Source: Mobula hypostoma
Lineage: Eukaryota
Direction: 5' to 3'
Assembly: GCF_963921235.1 (NCBI RefSeq)
Contig: NC_086107.1
Location: 111,974,001 to 112,038,000 of the forward strand
DNA length: 64,000 bases
The notes beneath the pieces are model-generated. The model was not told the DNA's origin, searched no databases, and saw nothing but the letters and a program-made list of their open reading frames with translations. Within the stretch, counting starts at the first letter, position 1, and each line of letters opens with the position of its first letter. This document shows positions 13,301 to 28,300 of the stretch, piece after piece. A program made the translations under genes and the position numbers.

Positions 13301-16300
13301 CCAAAGGAACAGTGATCGGTGGGACAGATGATCATCATTTTGTATAACATCCACTGATATTTTAAAGACTGTTATCAATAGGAGATCAATAGACCAGTAA
13401 TTACTTGGTAGGACTGTTAGTACTTGTAGGACATAAAACGGAGTTCATGCTTCAGGTCAGTACTTGCCGTGGAGTGGGACGATCACTTTTCCAAGGTCAT
13501 TAACATTGAATAAGAGGAATACATTTAAAACCAGTGACCCAGGTTCAATTCCCACTGCTGCCTGTAAGGAGTTTGTATGTTTATCCTGTGACCGCTTGGT
13601 TTTCCTCCGGGTGCTCCAGTTTCCTCCTCCAGTCCAAAGACTACCGGTTGATAGGTTAATTGATCATTAGGTTAGGTTAGGGTTAAATTGGCGGTTGCAG
13701 GGCGGCACAGTTCAAAGGGCCAGAAGGGCCTACTCTACACCATATCTCAATTTAAAAAAAGATTATTCCTATTATTAAGAGGAAGCTCCAACAGTGCACT
13801 CTTTCCCATGGTCTAAAGTTGAGGTCATAGCCGACACACACAGCAGCCAAAGAACAGCACGCACCTTAAAGAGGACTCACAGCCCAAGAATATTCAGGCT
13901 GAAGGGCATCTTCACACTAATTAACCATCCCTTGGCATTTCCCTTACAAGATCCATCACCAGTCACTGGGCTGTGTGCAGTAAACAAGACAACAAATTCA
14001 TTGATAATTGAATGGAAAAAGCCAAATGATGCAGGAGCCGATAGCTACACCTACAGAATTACAGTCATTAATGTTATCAATAGTCATGAATGGATCAACA
14101 ACACACAAGCAAATGAGACAATATTTACAGTGAGAGGCCTGGATCCTGGAGATCAATACAATCTATCAGTGCAGTCAGTAAATCCGAACAGCAGTTGGAG
14201 TTCTGCTGAGGACTTAATTAACACCACAAGTAAGTAAGACCATAAGACATAGGAGCAGAATTAAGCCATTCAGCCCACGAGTATGCTCTGCCATAATGAA
14301 AGCTTCCGCATTATCTCCTTGTTTTTATATTCTATTCCCCTTGAAATAAAGGCCAACATTGCATTTGCCTTCTTTACCACAGATTCAACCTGTAAATTAA
14401 CCTTCTGGGAGACTTGCATGAGGATTCCTAAGTCCCTTTGCACCTCTGATGTTTGAATTTTCTCCCAATTAGATAATAGTCTGCACTATCATTCCTTTTA
14501 CCAAAATGCATTATCATACATTTCCCAACACTGTACTCCATCTGCCATTTTTTGCCCATTCTTACAATTTGTCTTCCTCAACTCTACTTACCCCTCCACC
14601 TATCTTCACATCATTTGCAAACTTTGCCACAAAGTATTTAAATCACTGACAAACAATGTGAAAAGTAGCGGTACCAATACTGACCCCTGAGGAACACCAT
14701 TAGTTTCTGGCAGCCAACCAGAAAAGGCCCCCTTTATTCCCACTTGCTGCCTTCTGTTGGTCAACCATTCCTCTATCCATGCCAGTATATTTCCTGTAAC
14801 ACCAGAGGATTTTATCTCGTTAAGCAACCTCATATGAGGCACCTTATCAAATGTTTCCTGAAAATCCAAGTAAATGACATCCACTGCCTCTTCTTTGTCC
14901 ACCCTGCTTGTTACCTCTTCAAAGAACTCTAAGAGATTTGTCAGGAAAGATTTCCCTTCACAGAAATCATGCTGACTTTGACTTATTTTATCATTAGCCT
15001 CCAAGTAGCCCAAAACCTCATACTTAATAATGGATTCCAACACTTTCCCAACCACTGCGGTTAGGCTAACTGACCTATAATTTCCTCTCTTTTGACTTCC
15101 TCCCATCTTAAAGCGTGGAGTGACATTTGCAAATTTCCAGTCCTCTGGTACCATGCCAGAATCAAGTGATTCTTGAAAGATCATGACCAATGCATCTGTT
15201 ATCTCTTCAGCAACCTCTTTCAGGACTCTGGGATGTAATTCATCTGACCCAGGTGACTTATTCATCTTAAGACTTCAATTTGCCTAGTACCTTTTCCTTT
15301 GTAATAGCAATAGCCCTCACTCCTGCTCCCTGACTCTTACAGACCTATGACATATAGCTCGTGTCTTCCACAGTAAAGACTGACGCAAAATACTTATTAA
15401 GTTCATCTGTCCCCAATTACTACCTCACCAACATCATTTTCTAGTGGTCCAATATCAACTCTCACCTCCCTTTTATTTTTTATATAACTGAAAAAACTTT
15501 TAGTGTCCTGCTTTATATTATCAGCTAGTTTGCCCTCATACTTCATCTTTTCCCTTCTTATAGCTTTTTTAGTTGCCTTTAGTTGGATTTTAAAAACTTC
15601 CCAATATCCAACCTCCCACTCACTTTTACTACCTTATATGCCCTTTCCATGGCTTTTATGCAGTTCTTCACTTCCCTTCTCAGCCACGGTTGCCTAGCCC
15701 TGCAGTTTGAGAACTACTTCTTCTGTGGGACATATCTATCCTGTGCCTTGTGAACTATTCCCAGAAACTTCAGTCACCTCTGTTCTGCCATTCACCCCGC
15801 CAGTATCACCTTCCAATCCACCTGGGCAAGCTCCTCTCCTATGCCTCTGTAATTACTTTTATTCCATTGCCATACTGACACATTTGATTAATGCTTCTCC
15901 CTCTCATATTGCAGTATGAATTTAATCTTATTATGAACACTGCCTCCTGAGGGTTCCATTATGTTAAACTCCCTAATTAGATCTGGATTATTACACAACA
16001 CCCAATCTAAGATAGACTTTCCTTGAAAAGGCTCAAGCAAAAGCTGGTCTAAAAAGCCACCTTGTAGGCATTCAACAAATTCCCTTTCTTGCAAACTGAC
16101 ACCAACCTGATTTTCCCAATTGCCTTAAATATTGAAGTCTCCTATTACTAATGTGTCATTCATTACCCTAATTACATGCCCTTTCCAGCTCCCTTTGCAA
16201 TCTCAACCCGACATCTTGGCTACTATTTGGAGGCTTCTATATAATTCCCAGAATGTTTTTTTTACCCTTGCAGTTTCTTAACTCCACCCTCAAAGATTCA

Positions 16301-19300
16301 AGATTCTCTGATCCTATGTTACCTCTTTCTAAAGAAGTAATTCCATCTCTTACCGCACCGCATCTCTACCTATGCTTTCCTGCCTGTCCTTTCAATACAA
16401 AGTACATCCTTTGAAGTTAAACTCCCAACTATAACCTTTCAGCCACAACTCAGTGATGCCCACAATGTCATATGGACCAATCCCTAATTGTGCCACGATT
16501 TTTTCCACCTTATTCCACATGCTATGTGCATTTAAGTTTAGCACCTTCAGTCCTGCATTCTTCGTCCATATGAATTTTGCCTCTGTGGCACAACATAACT
16601 CTTCGCTCTGTCTGCATTTGTACCCAATCATTGGCTTGTCCTTCCTTACATTCACATTACATATTACATCATCTACTTGTAAACCAGCTGGCTCATCCTC
16701 AGCTTTGTCATACTATTTCCCATTCCCCCAGCCGTATTAACTTAAACCACTTCCAACAGCTCTAGCAAACCTGACTGCAAGGATATTTGTCCCCCTCAGA
16801 TTCAAGTGCAACCTGTACCTTTTGTACAGGTCCCACCTGCCCTAGAAGAGGTCCCAATTATACAGAAATCTGAATCCCTGCTCCCTGTCCCAATTCTTCA
16901 GCCACACATTTATCGCCAACTTATGCTATTCCTGTCCTCACTGTCACGTGGCACAGTCAGCAATCCCGAGATTACCACCCTTGAGGTCCTGCTTCTCAAC
17001 TTCCTTCCAAATTCCCTGTATTCTATTTTCAGGACCTCCTCCCTTTTTCTACCTATATTGTTGTTACCAATATGTACCAGAATTTCTGGCTGCTCACTCT
17101 CCCTTTTCAGGGTATTGTGGATTCCATAAGGGTCCAAAATTCCATAAGTAATTCCATAAGGGTCAGTAGCTGCTCCAGTGCCTTATCCAATAACAGTTCC
17201 AATGTCTGAACCAGACTGGAGTAACCCTCACTGTGTCTCCTTATTTACCACGCAGAGTTTTGACAGTTCTGAACAAAAGATACATTTTGGCCTCCACTGT
17301 GTGCATGCAGAGGGAGCATAAATGATTAACCTTTTGAGGCCTGACTGCAATGTGCAATGATATCAAAAGGGACAGAACATGAAGGACTAGAACACCAACA
17401 CTCCCACATACTGGGAGCTTTGCCTATGTGAATCCTGAAAGCAATATATTGTATCATTGTCTGAGGCAGACAATAGCAATCCAAGGGCAGCCTGCATGAG
17501 GGTACAAATCAACTAGAATTACAAGGGAGCCACAGCTCATCAAAATATTTATTGGCTGAGGCTTCAGTGACGGCAGTCAAAAGGCAGACTGGATTGGCAT
17601 CAGATTAGCATAGGTGGGGAAAGAAGCTCAAATCCTCACAGTATGAATTTGGAAGATCAAATGATGCTTTAAAAAGCTATACATCCACCTTAACTGATGC
17701 AGAAACTGCTGGTGCATTTCATGCAATGGCAGGTTGTTTAGGTTAAATATCAAAAGGAATTAGTGATTAAAATACATAAGCTAGTCATGCAGATCCAGGA
17801 ATGAACGGTGTATTGTGGAAAATAAAGACATGCTTTTGAGGAATGAAATCTGGCTCATCTTCAATAGGCAGCATGTTGAAACAATTTGTAACAATGTTGA
17901 ACAACTTTCTATGGGATTTATCTGTCCAGCACCTTCCCAATTGCTCCTTGAAATTCCAGCCATTGCTGTTATGCCATCACCCTTTTCTGCTCAACTTTGG
18001 CCAGCTTCTCTCTGATCCCTCCGTAAATCTCTTTACCTCACTGTAATCTTGATATGTCTTATTTTAGCTCCTCCCTCTCAAGCTTCAAGGTGAATTGTCT
18101 CTTACGGGTTCCTTTACCTGAAGCACCCTAATGAAAACTGGTTCATTATGCAACACCCAGAGTATCTAGTGTTGATAGAAATCTCCAACAGTACAGCAGT
18201 CTTTCAGTACACCTTCTCCCATAAGAAAGATTCCATGGAGAATTTAATCATATTTATGCCAGATGATATCAGACATTTCTGTCTAACTGTGAAGTCACTG
18301 AAATGGATTTAGCTGGTCAAAGACAGAGCTGCACGGAGTGAAAATTCATGCCATGCTTTTGACGAATGAAGTTTGGCTCAACTTCAACGAACTGAGTGCT
18401 GGAACAACTTGCAAGACCCTTGCACAATTTGCAACAGAAATTCAAATTCACATTGAGAATTAACGGAATGAAGAATATTGGGATATTGGGAATATTGAGA
18501 TTCCATCCTGATGGCATGAAAATCAATTTCATCTTCCGGGAAAAGAAATTCCACGGTTCCACGGGTGCTGCCCGAACTGCTGAGTTCCTCCAGCGTGTTG
18601 CTTTGACCCCAGCATCTGCAGAGTATTTTATGTTTAAGAAATTCCCTCCTTTTTCTCTTTCTGCTACAGTTCACTCACCTCCCCTATTAGATTTCTTCTT
18701 CTCTAGAACTTTACCTTTCCCAACCATCAGGCTTGAACTATCACTTTCTAGCTATCCTGCTTCCGCACTCCCCCACCTTTTCATTCTGGCATCTTCCTCT
18801 TTCCTTTCCCCTCCTGATGAAGGGTCTCAGCCCAAGATGTTGACTGTTTATTCATTTACATAGGTGCTGCCTGACTTGCTGAGTTCCTCCAGCATTTTAC
18901 ATGTGTTGTTATTGGGATAGGTGTATTAGGTCATAGAATGACCATCACTTAATTTAAAACGCTCTGATATTCTCAAAGTCTCCAGTATTGATAGTATTCT
19001 CCAACAGTGCAGAAGTCTCACAGTATACACTCTCTCATGGGAGGGGCTCCAGGTAGTCTTTAATAATGAATTAAATCTAAGCCAGGTGATGTCAGATATT
19101 TCGGTCTGACTGTAAGATCACCGCTTATCCATACACAGAGCCAAAGAATAGAGCACACCTTCAAAAGGGCACACTATCCAAGAGCAATCAGGATGGAGGA
19201 TGTCTGGCACTAATCAGCCATCCCTTGTCTTTTCTCTTAACAGAACCATCACCAGTCACTGGACTTAATGCAGTAAAGACGACAACAAATTCGTTAACAA

Positions 19301-22300
19301 TTGAATGGATAAAGCCAAATGATACAAGAGCCGTTAACTATACCTACAGAATTACAGTCACTAATGTGATGGACAATGTCATTTGGATCAACTACACAAA
19401 AAAAGGCGAGACAAATTTCACACTGACAGGCCTGAATCCTGGAGTTCAATACAGGCTGTCGGTGCAGTCAGAAACTCCGGAGAGCACACTGAGCTCTCCT
19501 GAGAGGGTGATAATCACCACAAGTAAGTAATTCTGTAAAGGTCAATACTTGCTCCAGTGTCTCAGTCAACAACAGTTCCAATATTATTATATTTTCATAT
19601 TATTGTGTTCTTTATCTTACAGTTTTTTATGCTGTGTTGGATCCAGAGTAACAACTATTTTATTTTCCTTATACTTGTGTACAGGAAATGACATTAAACA
19701 TCCTTGTGTCAAGTAGAGTTACAAGATAGTCACTTCTTCTTGTTCTTTTCCACGCCTTGTGGCGCATCTGGTAACAGCCCCGCCGTTTCTTTCACATTTT
19801 TGTCTGTTTTTTACGAGGTCGAGTTGTTAGTTTGATACTCAACCCAGCAGAGATGGGAAGTGTGCAAGGAGATGGCGAAATTTGAGCCTGGGACCACTCG
19901 TCTCAAGACTGTTGCGGATGTCACTACCCCACTGGCTGGCGATACAAAATAGTCACAGTTCGTAATAATATGTATTGACTGAGGTACAGGTGACGGCAAG
20001 CAGAGGGCATCAGATTCACCCAGCTCAGAAAAGAGTCTCAGGTCTCAGCTCTTCACAACATGGGCCGGGCCGTTTGAGCGATGGTTTAGTACATTATTCA
20101 TCCATCTTAGCTGCTGTATGGACTACAGCTTCATTTCCTTTTTCTTTAATTTAGTTTAAATACAAAAAAGAACTAGAGGTATCAAAAGATGAGAACTAAT
20201 CGTGGGGACCACTTTATCTGCCACAAACGGAACTTCCCGGTGGCCAAAAATTTTAATTCCCATTGGCATTCCAGTTCTGACATGTCGGTCCATGCCCATG
20301 CCCTCCTCTTGTGTCGTGATGAGGCCACCCTCAGCATGGAAGAGAAAACCTTATATTCTGTCTGGGTAGCCTCTAACCTGCTGGCATGAATGTTGAATTC
20401 TCCTTCCCGTAGAAAAACTACCCACTCCCACCACCCTCTTCCTCTATTCCCCACTCTGACCTTGCCCCTACCCTCACCTACCTATCACTTCCCCCTAAGT
20501 CCCCAATACTTTCCCCTTCTCACATGGTCCACTCTCCTCTCTCTTCCGATTCCTTTTTCTCCAGTCCCTTACCTTTCCCATCCACCTGGCTCACCTATCA
20601 CCTTCCTGCCAGCTCCTTCCCCTTCCCCAAATTTCTTTTCCGGCATATTCCCCCTTCCTTCTCAGTCCTGAAGAAGGGTCTTGGCCCGAAATGTCGACTG
20701 CGTTAGATGCTCCATAGATGCTGCCTGACCTGCTGAGTTCCTCCAGCATTTTGTGTGCGTTGCTCTGGATTTCCAGCATCTGCAGATTTCTCTTGTTACT
20801 AATTGTGGTGGTCTGTGATTGAACAGTACGGAGTGAGAGCAATGCTTAGATTTTCAGAAATGAAGTTTGGCTGAACTTCAGCAAGCAGAGTATTAGAACA
20901 ATTTGCAATGTACTTGCACATTTGACAACAGAAATTTAATTTCGTTTTTGAGAATGAAATGAAGAATATTGGGAAAGGTGGGTTAAGTCATAGAATGGTG
21001 ATCACTTAGTTTAACATCCACGAATATTAATGCAGATTTTGATCAAGTTTATGCCAGATGATGTCAGATATTTCTGTCTGACAGTAAGATCACCACTTAT
21101 CCATACACAGAGCCAAAGAATAGCACTCACCTTGAAAAGGTCACACTGTCCCAGAGCAATCATGTTGGAGGGTCTCTCACACTAATTAACCATCCCTTGT
21201 CTTTTCTCTTAACAGATCCATCACCAGTCACCGGACTGTCTATGGTAACCAGGACCACAAATTCATTGACAATTCAATGGACAAAGCCAACTGATACAAG
21301 AGCCTCTTGCTATACTTACAAAGTCATAGTCACTACTCTTACGAATGCTCCCATTGATAACGGAACCACAAATAAAAGTGAGACAACATTCACAGCGACA
21401 GGCCTGCATCCTGGAGATCAGTACAAACTATCGGTGCGGTCAGTAACTCTGAATAACACACAGAGCTCTGCTGAGGAGGTGACAGGCACCACAAGTAAGT
21501 AATTCTGTAAAGGTCAATACCTGCTCCAGTGTCTCAGTCAACAACAGTTCCAATATTATTACATTTTTAATATTCTTATTGTGTTGTTTATCTTACAGTT
21601 TTTTATGCTGTGTTGGATCCAGAGTAACAACTATTTTGTTTTCCTTATACTTGTGTACAGGAAATGACATTAAACTTCCTTGTGTCAAGTAGAGTTACCT
21701 GATAGTCACTTCTTCTTGTTCGTTTCCGCGCCTTGTGGCGCATCGGGTGACAACCTCGCCGTTTCTTTAGCATTTTTGTCTGTTTTTTACGAAGCCGAGT
21801 TGTTAGTTTGATACTCAACCCAGCACAGATGGGAAGTGTACAAAGAGATGGCCAGATTTGAGCCTGGGACCACTCGTCTTAAGACTGTTTCGGATGTCAT
21901 TACCCCACTGGCCAGCGATACAAGATAGTCACAGTTCGTAATAATATATATTGGCTGAGGTACAGGTGGTGGCACGCAGAGGGCATCAGGTTCACCCAGC
22001 TCAGAGAAGAGTCTCAGGTCTCAACTCTTCACAACATGAATTTGGCAGTTCAAGTGATGGTATAGTACGCTATGCATCCATATTAGCTGCTGCATGGACA
22101 ATAGCTTCATTTCCTTTTTCTTCAATTTTGTTTAAATACCAAAAAGAACTAGAGGCATGAAAAGATGAAAACTAATTGTGGGGAAACGAAATTCCACGGT
22201 TTCACGGATGCTGCCGAACCTGCTGAGTTCCTCCAGCATGTTGTGCATGTTGCTTTGACCCCATCATATGCAGAGTATTTTGTGTTTAAGAAATTCCCTC

Positions 22301-25300
22301 TACCTTGCATCTTCCTCTATCCTCACTCTGGCCTCTCACCTCATCTCATCTGCCTATCAACTCCCCCTGGTGCCCCTCCTTCTTCCCTTTCTGCTACAGT
22401 CCACTCACCTCCCCTATTAGATTTCTTCTTCTCCAGAACTTTACCTTTCCCAACCATCTGGCTTCGACTATCACTTTCCAGCTATCCTGCTTCCCCACTC
22501 CCCCACCTTTTCATTCTGGGATCTTCCTCTTTCCTTTCTCCTCCTGAAGAAGGGTCTCGGCCCAAAATGTTGACTGTTTATTCACATGAGCTGTCGGACT
22601 TGCTGTGTACCTCCAGCATTTTACAGGTGTTGTTACTGGGATAGGTGCGTTAGGTCATAGAATGACCATCACTTAATTTTAAATCCTCTGATATTTTCAA
22701 AGTCACCAGTATTGATAGTATTCTCCAACAGTGCAGAAGTCTCACAGTACACACTCTCCCATGGGAGAAACTCCAGGTAATTTTTAATTATATCCATGCC
22801 AGATGATGTCAGATATTTCTGTCTGACTGTGAGGCCAATGCTTATCCATGCAAAGAGCTAAAGAATAGCACTCACCTTGAAAAGGTCTCACTGTCCCAGA
22901 GCAATCATGATGGAGGGTCTCTCACACTAATTAACCATCCCTTGTCTTTTCTCTTAACAGATCCATTACCAGTCACCAGACTGTCTGTGGTAAACAGGAC
23001 AACAAATTCATTGACAATTGTATGGACAAAGCCAACTGATACAAGAGCCTCTGACTATACCTACAAAATTACAGTCTCTAATGTGATGAATAATAACAGT
23101 CAGATCAACAACACAAAAATAGACGAGACAATGTTCACAGTGACAGGTCTGGATCCTGGAGATCAATACGATCTGTCAGTGCAGTCAGTAACTCCAGAGG
23201 ACACACTGAGCTCTCCTGAGGAGGTGATAAACACCACGGGTAAGTAACTCCTGAAGGGACAGTATTTATTTAACCCATCAGCCCTACTGGGGTGTAGGCT
23301 GCCCACAGCAGCTCACCAGATTCCCCCGTCCTGGGCTAGTCTTTCAAGTCATTCCCATGTTTAGCCCATCCTCGAGGATCCTTCCTCTCCCAGGGATGAG
23401 GTCTCTGGAGCTTTGTAGCACTGGGATTTTACAGAATTGCATTGCTAGTCCCCATGTGCACCTCTCCTCCTTTCACAGCCAGGCTTGGGACCATCCATGG
23501 TGGAGTTCGAAGGGACAATGCCTGAACCAGCCAGTAGTGGCGTACTCCTCATGGAACATTTAAAACACTTCAATTCTCTTCTGTACAGTTTTATGAGAAA
23601 ATCGGCTGGTAGGTTGTTCCAAGCATCTTGGGGAACTTACCACAGTTCTTCCGCAGACTTTGGCTGTCTCGCTTCCTTTTGTCTCTCCAGTTAATCCCAG
23701 TCGGACTCAATGATGTTCAGATCAGGGCTTTGCAGAGGCCATACCAGCTGAAATCATATAGAAAATCTAGGTTGGGCTAATTATTCCACATTGCTTTTCA
23801 TCCTTGGGTGGTCACAGAAACAAAACAGAAAGGGAGACTTTCTGATGAACCATCTCAGCCCAAAACTTCAAATCTTTATTCCTCTCCACAGATGCTGCCT
23901 GAGCTGCTGAGTTCCTCTGGCATTTTGTGTGTGTTGTTCTGGATTTCCAGCATCTGCAGAGTCTCTTGTGTTTAAGATCGTCATTCGGTGTCTTGTTTAT
24001 GTTCAGCCCTTTGAAACACTTTTCCAATCAGTGCCATTCTTGTTTCTCCATAGTTGTGTGGATTTCTCAGTTCCTGGTAACTCTGATCCCACCAGACTTT
24101 CAATGGGAAATAAGAGACAGATCTCTCTACATCCTCACCACTCTATCTGTGTCTCTATCTTTCTGTTATATTGTTTTTTCCTCAGATTGATTTTGTGTTT
24201 TATTTCAACTGCACCTGCCTTTGCAGACTCTCCCTGCCTTGCTGGTCAGTGTAAAGTTCACTTCAGTTTGTGTCACCAGAGAGAAAACTGGACTCAGTCT
24301 GTTCCATCCATTTTTTAGTTCCTGATACTATTTCCAACTTCCGCTGCACTGGGAGCACAGGATACACGATCGGGGTGGAGTGGAACGAACCAAAGGGCAA
24401 GTTCACCAGTTTCAAAGCCATTACATACATCGGTGACCGACTATTGATTAATCGTACCATTGGGAAGGACGAGAATGCGCTGAGAGTTGTTAATCTTCAG
24501 CCTGGACGCAAGTACACAATCGAAATCACCACGGTGAGCGGGCAGACATACAGCAAGCAGGAGATCAAGGAATGCTGGACCAGCTCAGAGCGTGAGTATT
24601 CTGAATGCGAATTTTTCCTCCCCCGCTGTTATAGAAACGTAGAAAATCTACAGCACATTACAGGTCCTTCAGCCAACAATGTTGTGCCTACTCTAGAAAC
24701 TGCCTAGAGTTTCTCACCTGCATAGCCCTCTATTTTTCTAAGCTCCATGTACCTATCTAACAGTCTCTTAAAAGCCCCTATTGTATCTGCCTCTACCACC
24801 TTCGCTGGCAATGCATTCATGTACCCACCACTCTGTGTGAAAAAATTACCTCTGACATCCCCCCGTACCTACTTCCCAGCATCTTAAAACTATGTCCTCT
24901 TATGTTAGCCATTTCAGCCCTGGGAAGAAGCCTCTGACTATCTACACCATCAATGCCTCTCATCATCTTATACACCTCTAGCAGGTCACCTCTCATCCTC
25001 CGTCACTCCAAGGAGAAAATGCCAAGTTCGTTCACCCTATTCTCATAAGGCTTGCTCTCCAATCCAGGCAACATCCTTGTAAATCTCCTCTCCACTCTCT
25101 GTAATCCTTCCTGTAATGAGGTGACCAGGACTCAACACAGTACTCCAAGTGGGGTCTGACCAGGGTCTTATACAGCTGCAACATTACCTCAAGGCTCTTG
25201 AACTCAATCCCACAGTTGATGAAGGCCAACACAACATACACCCTCTTAATAACACTGTAAACCTGCGCAGCAGCTTTGAGTGTCCTATGGACATGGATCC

Positions 25301-28300
25301 CGACATCTCGCTGGTCCTCCACACTGCCAGGAGTCTTACCATTAATATCCTAATCATTGTCTTTGAACAGCGAGGCTAGATCAAAAGTTCACCTTTCAAA
25401 GGTGGCAACTTTTCCTGATGGCTCAGTGAGTGAACCCATCACCTGCTGCTCAACAATGCATCACCGCCATGCCTGCCCTTATCCAGAGATGACATCCAAA
25501 TGCCTGCACCTCCTGCCAGTAGTCTGTTCATGATATCTTTGTTTGTTGACCCAAAGTCTCAGCAACCCATAGATGCTGTCCAGCTGCTATTTGATTTATA
25601 CTTTAAAATGTTATTTTATTTAGAGATAAAGTGCAGAGTATGTCCTTCTGGCCCTTTGAGTCGCTTCACCCTAGCAACCCCTAATTCTACCCTAGCCTAA
25701 TTACAGGGCAATTTACAATAACCAATTAACCTACCAACCAGTACATCTTTGGACTGTGGGAGGAAACCAGAGCATTTGGAGAAAACCCATGTATTCCATG
25801 GGGAGGACGTACAGACTCCTTAAAGTTGACTTTGGAATTGAACTCCAAACTTTGACGCCCCAAGCTGTAATGGTATCTCACTAACCACTACAGTATCGTT
25901 TTCTGTTAAAGTACATATAGAATAGTACAGCACAGTACAGGCCCTTCAGCCCACAGTGTTGTGCTGACCCTCAAACCCTGCCTCCCATATATCACCCCAC
26001 CTTAAATTCCTCTAGTATTATCTTAAATTTCACTAGTGTATCTGTCTCCATCACTGACTCAGGCAGTGTATTCCACACACCAATCATTCTCTGAGTAAAA
26101 AACCTTCCTCTAATATCCCCCTTGAACTTCCCACCCCTTACCTTAAAGCCATGTCCTCTTGTATTGAGCAGTGGTGCCCTGGGCTACCCACTCTATCTAT
26201 TCCTCTTAATAGCTTGTATACCTCTATCATGTCTCCTCTCATCCTCCTTCTCTCCAAAGAGTAAAGCCCTAGCTCCCTTAAACTCTGATCATAATCCATA
26301 CTCTCTAAACCAGGCAACATCCTGGTAGATCTCCTCTATACCCTTTCCAATGCTTCCACATTCTTCCTATAGTGAGGCGACCAGAACTGGACAGAGTACT
26401 CCAAGTGTGGCCTAACCAGAGTTTTGTAGAGCTACATCATTATCTCACGACTCTTAAACTCTATCCTTCGACTTATGAAAGCTAACACCCCATAAGCTTT
26501 CTTAACTACCCTATCCACCTGTGAGGCAACTTTCAGGGATCTGTGGACATGTACCCCCAGATCCCTCTGCTCCTCCACACTACCAAGTATCCTGCCATTT
26601 ACTTTGTCCTCTGCCTTGGAGTTTGTCCTTCCAAAGTGTACCACCTCACACTTCTCCGGGTTGAACTCCATCTGCCACTTCTCAGCCCACTTCTGCATCC
26701 TATCAATATCTCTCCGCGATCTTCGACAATCCTCTACACTATCTACAACACCACCAAACTTTGTGTCGTCTGCAAACTTGCCAACCCACCCTTCTACCCC
26801 CACATCTAGGTCGTTAATAAAAATCATGAAAAGTAGAGGTCCCAGAACCGATCCTTGTGGGACACCACTAGTCACAACCCTCCAATCTGAATGTACTCCC
26901 TCCACCACGACCCTCTGCCTTCTGCAGACAAGCCAATTCTGAATCCACCTGACCAAACTTCCCTGGATCCCATGCCTTCTGACGTTGTGAATAAGCCTGC
27001 CCTGTGGAACCTTGTCAAATGCCTTACTAAAATCCATGTAGATCACATCCACTGCACTACCCTCATCAAAGAGGTAGAAGGTGCCTGGTCACCTCCTCAA
27101 AGAACTCTATCAGGCTTGTTAGACATGATCTGCCCTTCACAAAGCCATGCTGACTGTCCCTGATCAGACCATGATTCTCTAAATGCCCAGAGATCCTAAC
27201 TCTAAGAAACTTTTCCAACAGCTTTCCCACCACAGACGTAAGGCTCCCTGGTCTATAATTACCCGGACTATCCCTACCACCCTTTTTGAACAAGGGGACA
27301 ACATTCGCCTCCCACCAATCCTCCAGTACCATTCCTGTGGACAACAAGGACATAAAGTCCCCAGCCATAGGCTCAGCAATCTCTTCCCTCACCTCGTGGA
27401 GCAGCTTGGGGAATATTCCGTCAGGCCCCGGGGACTTACCTGTCCTAATGTATTTTAAGAACTCCAACACCTCCTCTCCCTTAATGTCAACATGCTCCAG
27501 AACATCAAGCTTACTCATATTGTCCTCACTGTCATCAAGTTCCCTCTCATTGGTGAATACCGAAGAGAAGTATTCATTGAGGACCTCGCTCACTTCCACA
27601 GCCTCCAGACACATCTTCCCACCTTTATCTCTAATCGGTCCTGCCTTCACTCCTGTCATGTTTTTGTTCTTCCAATAATTGAAGAATGCCTTGGGGTTTT
27701 CCTTTACCCTACTCGCCAAGGCCTTCTCGTGCCCCCTTCTTGCTCTCCTCAGCCCCTTCTTAAGCTCCTTTCTTGCTACCCTATATTCCTCAATAGACCC
27801 ATCTGATCCTTGCTTCCTAAACCTCAGGTATGCTGCCTTCTTCCACCTGACTAGATTTTCCACCTCACTTGTCACCCATGGTTCCTTCACCCTACCATTC
27901 TTTATCTTCCTCACCGGGACAAATTTATCCCTAACATCCTGCAAGAGATCCCTAAACATCGACCACATGTCCATAGTACATTTCCCTGCAAAAACATCAT
28001 CCCAATTCACACCAGCAAGTTCTAGCCTTATAGCCTCATAATTTGCCCTTCCCTGATTAAAAATTTTCCTGTCCACTCTGATTCTATCCTTTTCCATGAT
28101 AATGCTAAAGGCCAGGGAGCGGTGGTCACTGTCCCCCAGATGCTCACCCACCGAGAGATCTGTGACCTGACCCGGTTCGTTACCTAATACTAGATCTAGT
28201 ATGGCATTCCCCCTAGTCGGCCTGTCAACATACTATGACAGAAATCCGTCCTGGACACACTTAACAAACTCTGCCCCATCTAAACCCTTGGAACTAATCA

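Larger units (their letters stand above)
18540..23239 (+). repeat. Tandem segmental duplication of FN3 exon-plus-intron units
   Basis: 19523-20200 is highly similar to 21495-22180; 18540-19243 to 22185-22960; 21050-21215 to 22795-22960. Confidence 0.9.
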
